Assembly (NCBI GenBank): GCA_903907995.1 | Contig: CAIVQH010000002.1 | Span: 75,286 to 139,285 of the forward strand | Length of the DNA: 64,000 nt | Source: an uncultured Verrucomicrobiota bacterium | GTDB lineage: Bacteria > Verrucomicrobiota > Verrucomicrobiia > Limisphaerales > UBA9464 | Direction of reading: 5' to 3' | In this document: positions 9,709 to 16,861 of the stretch, one piece after another | Layout of the letters: every line of letters starts with the position of its first letter | Numbering within the stretch: the first letter of the stretch is position 1 | Notes under the pieces: generated by a model | What the model saw: the letters and a program-made list of their open reading frames with translations, nothing else | The model's database searches: none | What the model was told of the DNA's origin: nothing | Made by a program: the position numbers and the translations under genes

Positions 9709-10994
9709 GGCTGGGTGAGCAGGTTGAGGCCGGTGAGCTCTTCCAGTTCCGCCGCGGCGGCAACGGCCTCGCGGCGCGTGTCGAGCAAAGCCTCGACGGC
9801 GTCGAGGTACTGCTTCTGCAACTCCACATAGACCGTGGCGGGCAGGGCTCCGAGGCGGTAATGCCGGTCGGCCAGCTCCGCCGATTCGGCGAACTGCTTC
9901 ACGGAATCGGCGCGCCAGTTCGCCATCTCGGCCAGCTTGGTCCCATAGGCGCGGGCGGCGGCGGTGACACGTCGTTCGACGTCGCGCTGGGCGACTTTGA
10001 GCAGGGTCTCGGCCTGAAGCTGGCGCGCGCGGGCGCTCTCGAGGTGTGCGGAGTTGTTCCGCCAGAGGGGCAGGGGGAACGAGATGCCGACGCCCAGGAT
10101 GCGGTCCCGCCCATCGGAGGTTTCCACGCTGAACTGGGGACCGACCGTGAACGCCGGCCAACGTTCGTTTTTGGCCAGGGCCACCCGGAAACCCTGCTGC
10201 TCCAGCTCTGCCGTCCGCAGCCGCAGGTCGAAGCAGTTGGTCTGCGCGGCCGCGAGGCATTCGGCCAGCGACGGGGACGGGGGCAGCACCGGCTCGGCGA
10301 TGGCCACACTGAGCGATGAGTCCGCCGGCCTGCCCAGGAGCTGGTTGAGTTCCAGCCGGGCGCCCTGTTCGGTCAGTTCCGCCTCGCTGGCACGCCGGCG
10401 GAGGCTGAGTTCGGTGGCCTCAAGGATGCGGATCTCCAACTGCGGCGTGATGCCGGCCGGATCACGCTGCACCAGCACGTCACGCAACGCCCGGAAGCGG
10501 TCGGCGACCTCCCGGGCGACGCGGGCCTTCTCCGCCGCGCCGGTGAGGGCCAGCGCCTGGCCGCGCACCCGGGCCGCGAGCGCGGTGCGGAACCGGTCAA
10601 GGCCGAGCCGGGCGAGGGCCAGGTCGCCGTTGGCGATGGTTTTGCGCAGCCCCAGGCGGCCGGGCCATTCAAAGGTCTGCGACACGCCCACGCTCCAGGC
10701 GACGCCTTCGCCGGTGAGCTGGCCGATCGGGTCCTGTGAGCGCTTCTGGCCCACACTCCCGCTGACCTCCGGCGGCGGCAGGAGCGCCGCCGTCTTCCGC
10801 GCGGCCTGGGCGGCGGTGATTTCCGCCTCGTAAAAATGCAGTTCGGGGTTGTCCGTCAGCGACGCGGCCACCAATGACTCCAAGGTCACGGTGACCGGAA
10901 GTGGCAAAACGGCAGCGGGAGCGGCGTCGGCGGCGGCGCAGCCGAAGGCAAAAGGCAAAAGGCAAAAGGCAAAAGAGAAAGAGAAACGGCACAT
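9705..10994 (-). CDS. czcC: TolC/CzcC-family outer-membrane efflux protein
   Basis: ATG at 10994 gives MCRFSFSFAFCLLPFAFGCAAAD (signal peptide, possible lipobox). The rest is a two-repeat TolC-like coiled-coil sequence (LTDNPELHFYEAEITAAQA.., LPLWRNNSAHLESARARQLQAE..). Immediately upstream of czcA. Confidence 0.8.
   Translation of the reverse strand: MCRFSFSFAFCLLPFAFGCAAADAAPAAVLPLPVTVTLESLVAASLTDNPELHFYEAEITAAQAARKTAALLPPPEVSGSVGQKRSQDPIGQLTGEGVAWSVGVSQTFEWPGRLGLRKTIANGDLALARLGLDRFRTALAARVRGQALALTGAAEKARVAREVADRFRALRDVLVQRDPAGITPQLEIRILEATELSLRRRASEAELTEQGARLELNQLLGRPADSSLSVAIAEPVLPPSPSLAECLAAAQTNCFDLRLRTAELEQQGFRVALAKNERWPAFTVGPQFSVETSDGRDRILGVGISFPLPLWRNNSAHLESARARQLQAETLLKVAQRDVERRVTAAARAYGTKLAEMANWRADSVKQFAESAELADRHYRLGALPATVYVELQKQYLDAVEALLDTRREAVAAAAELEELTGLNLLTQP
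10947..10986. repeat. Tandem heptamer ggcaaaa x4 followed by gagaaa x2, inside the czcC signal-peptide codons
   Basis: Read directly: ggcaaaa at 10947, 10954, 10961 and 10968; gagaaa at 10975 and 10981. Confidence 0.9.
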
Positions 10995-11131
10995 AATGGG
11001 ACGATGGAAGATGAAGCGGACGATCAGGCTTACGATTGCGAGCGAGGGCGGACGGATCCGCCGGGCGGCATGAGTAACCCACCGCACGACGGTGCGTGAG
11101 GTGGATGTGGAGGCTTCCGTACAGGAAGCGA

Positions 11132-11554
11132 TCAGCTCAGCCGGGAAGGGGCACGGGGAGGCAGGGCGACGCGCTCAGCAAACCGCCAGGAAGGCGGAAG
11201 CTCGGGCGGGGCGATGACCCGTGACCAGGTCAACTGTGCTGAAGCGGGGGTGGCCAGCGCCTCCAGCCGGATAAGGACGCAGACGATGGCCAGCAGCGGC
11301 TCGACCTTCACCGAGGAGTCCGTCTTCACCACGCCATCCGATTCCACGGTGGAACATTCCTGGCAGCCATGGCACGGATCGGTTTCCGCGGAGCCGGCCG
11401 AATGTTCTTCGCCGAGCGAGGCTTCGCAGCAGTTGGACAGGGTGATGCCCGCCGCTTCGAGGGTGCAATGCATGGTGCAGGGCAGCCACAGGGCCAGCAC
11501 CAGCAGCCAGAGATATTGCACGCACCGCTTCAAACGGAAGCTCTCATAAGCCAC
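11132..11554 (-). CDS. Small Cys/His-rich membrane-anchored protein (possibly DUF2946-like), start uncertain
   Basis: Hydrophobic segment YLWLLVLALWLPC, then CTMHC..SNCCEASLGEEH..DPCHGCQEC, and a Pro-rich tail ..ALPPRAPSRLS. Candidate GTG start at 11554. The track start at 11674 (TTG) lies inside a 24-bp palindrome and is doubtful. Confidence 0.45.
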   Translation of the reverse strand: MAYESFRLKRCVQYLWLLVLALWLPCTMHCTLEAAGITLSNCCEASLGEEHSAGSAETDPCHGCQECSTVESDGVVKTDSSVKVEPLLAIVCVLIRLEALATPASAQLTWSRVIAPPELPPSWRFAERVALPPRAPSRLS

Positions 11555-11599
11555 CGGGGCGGGTTTGGCAACTGATCGGCCTGCGGGGCTAGGCTGATT

Positions 11600-11683
11600 A
11601 TCCTGCTCTTGCTCTTGATCCTGATCTCCGCGCTTCGCTGGCTTGAAGAAGGCGGCGAGCAGGATCAAGAGCAAGAGCAGGAT
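11600..11683. repeat. Perfect 24-bp inverted repeat with a 36-nt spacer
   Basis: atcctgctcttgctcttgatcctg (11600-11623) is the exact reverse complement of caggatcaagagcaagagcaggat (11660-11683). Confidence 0.9.
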
Positions 11684-11977
11684 GATGAGCAGGACCCGAG
11701 GTCTTCCCTCTTGCCCGATTTGGGGGAGCGTTCGCGCTCCGGCATCAGTTACCTCTCCGTGACGGCTGGGCGCGGGGTGTCATGCAATCGACACAATTGT
11801 CCGTAATCCATGGTTTCACTGAGGATTCCCGCCCTTCCCTGCGCGTCTGAAAAGCGCCATGCGGCGGCAGCCAACTGGAAGTTGGAGACGGTTGCGGCTG
11901 CCTACTCTGGCAATGTTCCAGCGGGTGTCCAGCCAGCTGGGAGCGTCGCTACAAACCACAAAACTCACTCGAATCTG

Positions 11978-12787
11978 ATGAAACTTACCTCCACCCGCAG
12001 TTGGCTGCTTCCCGCCGTGGGCCTGGCCTTGCTGGCCCCCAGCGTGAACGCCCAGCTCTTCAGCTACTCCGACCAGAACGTCCTCCTGGCTTTCCGGCCG
12101 GCCGCCGGCAACAGCAGCACTGACACCCTGCTGGTGAACCTGGGTTCCGTCTCCACCTTCGTCAACGCTGCCGGCGGCGCCGCGTTCTACGTCGGCAACT
12201 CCTCGGCGGTCAACAGCACCTACACCAGCCTCGCCAACCTGGACTACTCGGTTTCCGCCGCCAACCAGACCGTCGCTGGCACGGGCGACCAGACGCTGCA
12301 CACGATCTGGGAAACCCGTCCGCGGGCGAGTGTGGACACCCAGAGCACCCCGTGGAGCCGCCAGTCCAACGGACTGCTGTCCAACACTTCGGCCAAGATC
12401 GCCTCGCTCGGCAACGGCGCGACCACGCTCACCGGCATCAACACCAGCACGGTGGTGATCCCCCTCAGCGACACGTCCCACAGCGTCAGCAAGTGGGTCG
12501 GCAGCGGTGCTGGCGGTGCCGGCGGCGGCGCGACCGGCAACTGGCAGAGCACCTTCCAGGGCAATGCCGAGACCAAGACTTCCTCGTCGTTCAGCAGCTC
12601 GGATTTCACGCGCTCCGACTTCTACGAGATCATCCCTGGCTCCGGCAGCAGCACCTACCTGGGCTACTTCCAGTTCAACGGCGACGGCACCACGCTCTTC
12701 AACCCCGTGCCCGAGCCGCAGGAATACGCCGCCCTGGCCGGGGCCGCGCTCATCGGGTTCGCCATCTGGCGCCGCGCCCGCAAGTGA
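11978..12787 (+). CDS. PEP-CTERM-anchored secreted protein (paralog of 2040..3005)
   Basis: ATG at 11978 gives MKLTSTRSWLLPAVGLALLAPSVNA. The C-terminus PVPEPQEYAALAGAALIGFAIWRRARK is a classic PEP-CTERM sorting signal. The track ORF start at 11810 is probably too far upstream. Confidence 0.85.
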   Translation: MKLTSTRSWLLPAVGLALLAPSVNAQLFSYSDQNVLLAFRPAAGNSSTDTLLVNLGSVSTFVNAAGGAAFYVGNSSAVNSTYTSLANLDYSVSAANQTVAGTGDQTLHTIWETRPRASVDTQSTPWSRQSNGLLSNTSAKIASLGNGATTLTGINTSTVVIPLSDTSHSVSKWVGSGAGGAGGGATGNWQSTFQGNAETKTSSSFSSSDFTRSDFYEIIPGSGSSTYLGYFQFNGDGTTLFNPVPEPQEYAALAGAALIGFAIWRRARK

Positions 12788-12834
12788 TTCCATCACCTTT
12801 CCAACACTGACTTAACTCTCCACTGCTACACTCC

Positions 12835-13956
12835 ATGAACAACAAAACCAAAGCACTGATCCTGGCGGGCGCCTTTGCCGCCGCCTCTGCGGCCAACGCG
12901 CAGGTCACCATCTACCTGTCGGGTTCTACCGCGTTCCGCGCGGAGACCTTCAACTCCATCAAGGCCCTCTACGGTGGCAGCCCCTCCATCACCCCGGCCG
13001 GGGCCACCACCAGCAGCAGCAAGGTCACCTACGTCGGCAACGGCGGCAACATCGGCACCCTTTTCGGTGGCCAGACCGTCACGATCAAGACCGCGTTCAG
13101 CGGCTCGGTCGAAGGCATCATCAACGTGGTCGGTGCGGCCAACCCTGCGGGCGTGACCCAGCCGACCTACCTCAACGCCGACAATTCGACCGACAGCAAC
13201 ACGGTGGCGGATTTCGTCCTCTCGGACGTGTTCCAGAACACGAGCGACTATAACGACGGTCTCTACGCCGCGCTGGATGACTATCAGTGCGGTGTGGTCT
13301 GTTTCGCCTGGACCCGCAACGTGGCTGCAGCTTCCTCCGGCATCAGCAACATCACCCACCAGCAGGCCCAACAGTTCTTCGCCAGCGGCTCGATTGCGAA
13401 GTCGTTCTGGACCGGCAACCTGGCGGACACGGCACCGGTCTATCTCAGCGGCCGTTACAAGCTCTCCGGCACCCGTCTGACCTACCAGGCTGACTGCGGC
13501 TACGGCGCGAACGCGGACGCCACCCTCTACATGCTCGATGGCAGCCATAATCCCATCCTCGACACCGCTGGTCAGACCGGCGGCGGCGGCGTGGCCACCA
13601 TCCTCGAAGACACCACCACCACGGCTGCCTTCATTGGAACGCTCGGCACCAGCGACTCCGCCGCCGTGGTGACCGCCGGTGGTGCCCGGCTCACCTACAA
13701 CGGCGTGGCCTTCAGCAAGGCGGCCGTCCAGAACGGCCAATACAGCCTCTGGGGCTATGAGCACATCTTCCCCCGCCCGGGCACCAGCGCCACCAAGCTG
13801 AAGCTGATCGTTGGCACCACCCATCCCGCCACCCCGGTGACCAGCAACGGCCTCGTGAACGCCATCGACACCGCCCTGTCCACCTCGGTGAACAACGTGC
13901 AGCTCTCGACGATGAACGTTGCGCGTAACGCGGACGGTGCGCCGATTTCGCCCTGA
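12835..13956 (+). CDS. Secreted periplasmic-binding-protein-like (PstS/PBP2-like) protein
   Basis: Signal peptide MNNKTKALILAGAFAAASAANA. Motifs IYLSGSTAFR, NITHQQAQQFFASG and LSGRYKLSGTR, spaced like phosphate-binding-protein motifs. 48 nt downstream of the PEP-CTERM gene. Confidence 0.65.
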   Translation: MNNKTKALILAGAFAAASAANAQVTIYLSGSTAFRAETFNSIKALYGGSPSITPAGATTSSSKVTYVGNGGNIGTLFGGQTVTIKTAFSGSVEGIINVVGAANPAGVTQPTYLNADNSTDSNTVADFVLSDVFQNTSDYNDGLYAALDDYQCGVVCFAWTRNVAAASSGISNITHQQAQQFFASGSIAKSFWTGNLADTAPVYLSGRYKLSGTRLTYQADCGYGANADATLYMLDGSHNPILDTAGQTGGGGVATILEDTTTTAAFIGTLGTSDSAAVVTAGGARLTYNGVAFSKAAVQNGQYSLWGYEHIFPRPGTSATKLKLIVGTTHPATPVTSNGLVNAIDTALSTSVNNVQLSTMNVARNADGAPISP

Positions 13957-13974
13957 TCATTCCTGATTGTCACA

Positions 13975-14006
13975 GGGCGCGGAGGCAATCCTCCGCGCCC
14001 TTTTTC
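13975..14006 (+). terminator. Rho-independent terminator
   Basis: gggcgcggagg (13975-13985), loop caat, cctccgcgccc (13990-14000), then ttttt. Confidence 0.8.
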
Positions 14007-14091
14007 TTGTCCGTAACCGGAAGCGGTTTCACGGCGTTGTCGGGGTTTCGTCGCGAGTTCGTCACACAGGGTTTCCAGTGTCCGCCCCTCC

Positions 14092-16794
14092 GTGCTGCCC
14101 ATTGATCATCTGAAAGGGAACCAGGCCAACGTCCCGGCTGCTGGCGAATGGCTGCCCCCGCTGCGCGACTGGCTTTGCCTGCGCCTGGCGCAAGGGCATG
14201 GCTATTGGCTGCAAGGGGGTGCGCCGCGCGAACTGGGCTGTCACTCCGTGCTCCTCACCCACGCGGACAACAAGGGGGCCTTCCTCGCCAGCCGCCTCGG
14301 AGAGGTGACCCTGCAATGGTTCCACGTGGCTCCCGGCCTGTTGCACGGCCTCCTCACGATGGATGAGCAGCGGGCGCTGGAACTGACGGTCAACGCCGGC
14401 AGCCTGCCACGCCACTTTGTCGCCGAACACCCTGTTGCCCAGCTCGGCACCACCCTCTGGGACAGCCCCTTGGATACCCCCCTGCGCCGTCGCAGCCAGA
14501 TGCTGGGCCTGTTTGCCGCCGCCCTCACGACCGAGCTGGCTCCGCCCCCGAATGCGGCTCCGCCCACCACGGACGCGCGGATCCGCCTGCGCCAGTGGCT
14601 CACCGAATCACCCGAGGCCGAGCTGCTCAGCCGTTCGGTGGAAGAGCTGGCCCGGGAACTGAGCTGCAGCGTGCGCCATTTCAGCCGGCTCTTCCACGAG
14701 GAGGTCGGGGTTTCCTTCCGCGAGAAGCAGACGGAACTCCGCCTGCTCAAGGCGCAGCAGCTCCTCACCCGTTCCGATGCCAAGGTGATTCATGTCGCCC
14801 TGGAAAGCGGCTACCGGCATCTCGGCCTGTTCAACGCCCTGTTCAAGCGCCGTTTCGGCATGACTCCCACCAAATGGCGCCGACAGAGCCTGACCCATGA
14901 ACGGCCCCGTCGCCGGGCGGCAGTCGTGCTTCGCCGGCTGGCGATCGTGGCCATTGTCCTGGCCGCCTTGCCCTTGCCCCTGTGGGCGCAGCCGGCGACG
15001 ACCAACACTACCGGCGCCGCGACGAACGCGCCTGCCGCCAAGACCAACGCCCCGGCCGGGCCGGTCTTTTCCATCCAGTCCTACGACGTGCAGGGGAACA
15101 CGCTGCTGCCAACCAATGTGGTGACGGCAGCGATGTCGGATTTTAAGGGGGAAAAGGTCGGCTTCGACACGATCCGGCAGGCGCTCTCCTCCTTGCAGCT
15201 GGCCTATCGCGGGCGCGGCTGGGCCACCGTTTCCGTCGGCCTGCCGCCGCAGCAGATCACCAATGGCGTGGTGAAGGTGCAGGTCACCGAAGGCCGGCTG
15301 GCGGAGATCAACATCGTGGGCAACCGCTGGTTCAGCAGCAACAATGTCCGCTCCGCCCTGCCGGGGTTGGAAACAAACATGTTCCTGAACAGCAAGCTGT
15401 TCCAGGCGCAGCTGGATGCGGCGAACGGCAACCGCGACCGGCAGATCTACCCGCAAATCCAGCCCGGGCCCGAGCCGGGCACCTCGGCGCTGCTGCTCAA
15501 GGTCAAAGACCAGTTTCCGCTGCACGGGCGCTTCGAGCTGAACAACGTGGCCACGCCCGGGACCCCCGAACTGCGCGGCAGCGCCTCGGCCCAATACAAC
15601 AATCTCTGGCAGCTGGAACACTCCTTCGGCCTGGCCTACGGCTTCGCGCTCCAGGACTTCAAGACGGGCGACGTCTCGTTCCTCGACCGGCCCCTGATTG
15701 CCAATTACAGCGCGTTTTACCGGTTGCCGCTTGGCAAGCAGGAGTCACTGCCCGCCCTCGCCGAGGCCAACCCGCAGCGGTTTGGCTACGACGAGATCAC
15801 CCACAAGTTCAACCTGCCGCCGTCCACGGGCCGCAGCGAACTGAACTTCTACGCCAGCCGTTCGACCACCGACACGGGCGTCAAACTGACGACGCTGGAC
15901 CAGATCAGCCCGCCCCCCATCGCGCTTTATTCCCACGATTCCGGCCAGGACCTCTCCACGACGGAGAACATCGGCTTTCGGTGGACCAAACCGCTGCCGC
16001 AGCTCAGGGGTGTCAGCTCGACCCTGTCCTTGGGGGTGGACTTCAAGCGCTTCCGGAGCGCCAGTTTCAACACGAACAACTTCCTCGAGGATTTCACGTT
16101 TACCGACCCGAGCAGCGGCAAGCCGATCCATCGCCAGATCCCTTTTGCCAGTCCGCAGCCCACGCGGAACGCGGGGGTGGACTACCTGCCGATGGCGGCC
16201 CGCTGGGATGGCTCCCTGGGCGACAAGACGGGCACCACCTCGTTTGGTGCGGGCGTGAATGTGAACCTCGCGGGCGGCCCGTTCTCCGACGCCAAGGAGT
16301 TCGGCAAGCTCACGACCGGCAATGGCAGCTACGTCACCACCCAGTTTAGCGCGAGCCGGGATCAGCGGATTTACGAGGACTGGTCGGTGCTGTTCAAGGC
16401 GGATGGCCAGTGGGCCAACCAGGCGCTCATCAGCAATGAGGAATTCGGTCTCGGCGGTCTCGCCGGTGTGCGTGGCTACCAGGAGGGTGAGCGTTACGGC
16501 AGTTCCGGCTGGCGGGCCGCCGTGGAGCCCCGGACCCCCATGCTGGACATCGGCATGGTGGATGGCACCGCCCCCATGCGGGTGCGCGCCTCGGCCTTCA
16601 TGGATTATGGGCAAAGCTACCTCTACAGCCGCACCCCGCAGACCGAACAGCTGTGGGGCACCGGCCTGGGCTTTTCCGGAACCATCGGCACGACGTTCGA
16701 TTTCCGGCTGACCGTCGCCTGGGCCCTGCACACGGCCTCGCTGAGCAGACCGGGGGACATGCAGGTCTATTTCGGGCTGGGCGCGCAGTTCTGA
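14092..16794 (+). CDS. Single ORF: AraC-family regulator (approx 14092-14900) fused in frame to a ShlB/FhaC-type TpsB transporter (approx 14926-16794)
   Basis: GTG start at 14092. AraC double HTH: VEELARELSCSVRHFSRLFHEEVGVSF..VALESGYRHLGLFNALFKRRFGMTPTKWRRQ. With no stop, the frame continues into RPRRRAAVVLRRLAIVAIVLAALPLPLWAQP. After that come POTRA-like repeats (FSIQSYDVQGNTLL.., VKVQVTEGRLAEINIVGN) and a long beta-barrel region ending ..MQVYFGLGAQF. The only internal start candidate for a separate TpsB is GTG at 14926. Confidence 0.8.
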   Translation: MLPIDHLKGNQANVPAAGEWLPPLRDWLCLRLAQGHGYWLQGGAPRELGCHSVLLTHADNKGAFLASRLGEVTLQWFHVAPGLLHGLLTMDEQRALELTVNAGSLPRHFVAEHPVAQLGTTLWDSPLDTPLRRRSQMLGLFAAALTTELAPPPNAAPPTTDARIRLRQWLTESPEAELLSRSVEELARELSCSVRHFSRLFHEEVGVSFREKQTELRLLKAQQLLTRSDAKVIHVALESGYRHLGLFNALFKRRFGMTPTKWRRQSLTHERPRRRAAVVLRRLAIVAIVLAALPLPLWAQPATTNTTGAATNAPAAKTNAPAGPVFSIQSYDVQGNTLLPTNVVTAAMSDFKGEKVGFDTIRQALSSLQLAYRGRGWATVSVGLPPQQITNGVVKVQVTEGRLAEINIVGNRWFSSNNVRSALPGLETNMFLNSKLFQAQLDAANGNRDRQIYPQIQPGPEPGTSALLLKVKDQFPLHGRFELNNVATPGTPELRGSASAQYNNLWQLEHSFGLAYGFALQDFKTGDVSFLDRPLIANYSAFYRLPLGKQESLPALAEANPQRFGYDEITHKFNLPPSTGRSELNFYASRSTTDTGVKLTTLDQISPPPIALYSHDSGQDLSTTENIGFRWTKPLPQLRGVSSTLSLGVDFKRFRSASFNTNNFLEDFTFTDPSSGKPIHRQIPFASPQPTRNAGVDYLPMAARWDGSLGDKTGTTSFGAGVNVNLAGGPFSDAKEFGKLTTGNGSYVTTQFSASRDQRIYEDWSVLFKADGQWANQALISNEEFGLGGLAGVRGYQEGERYGSSGWRAAVEPRTPMLDIGMVDGTAPMRVRASAFMDYGQSYLYSRTPQTEQLWGTGLGFSGTIGTTFDFRLTVAWALHTASLSRPGDMQVYFGLGAQF

Positions 16795-16861
16795 ACGAAA
16801 CCGAATTGTTACAATCTCCGCCTTTCCGCATCACGCCAGCCGACTAAAACCGAGACTCACG

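Noticed and set aside
9709-10260. N-terminal 184-codon extension of the czcA ORF in the track
   Set aside because: The extension overlaps czcC in another frame. The canonical CzcA N-terminus MIDRILEF starts at 9708, with an ATGA overlap to the czcC stop.
11609-11806. ORF 11609..11806 (+), and the MLLILL.. start of ORF 11132..11674 (-)
   Set aside because: Both N-termini (MLLIL..DQEQEQD) are mirror products of the 24-bp palindrome arms. They are most likely non-coding.
14897-15124. Out-of-frame ATG (catgaac) at the AraC/TpsB junction, which could mark a stop/start overlap if the AraC frame were shifted
   Set aside because: Translation from this ATG (MNGPVAGRQSCFAGW..) has no signal peptide and no TpsB similarity. 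The signal peptide and POTRA domains are in the same frame as AraC.
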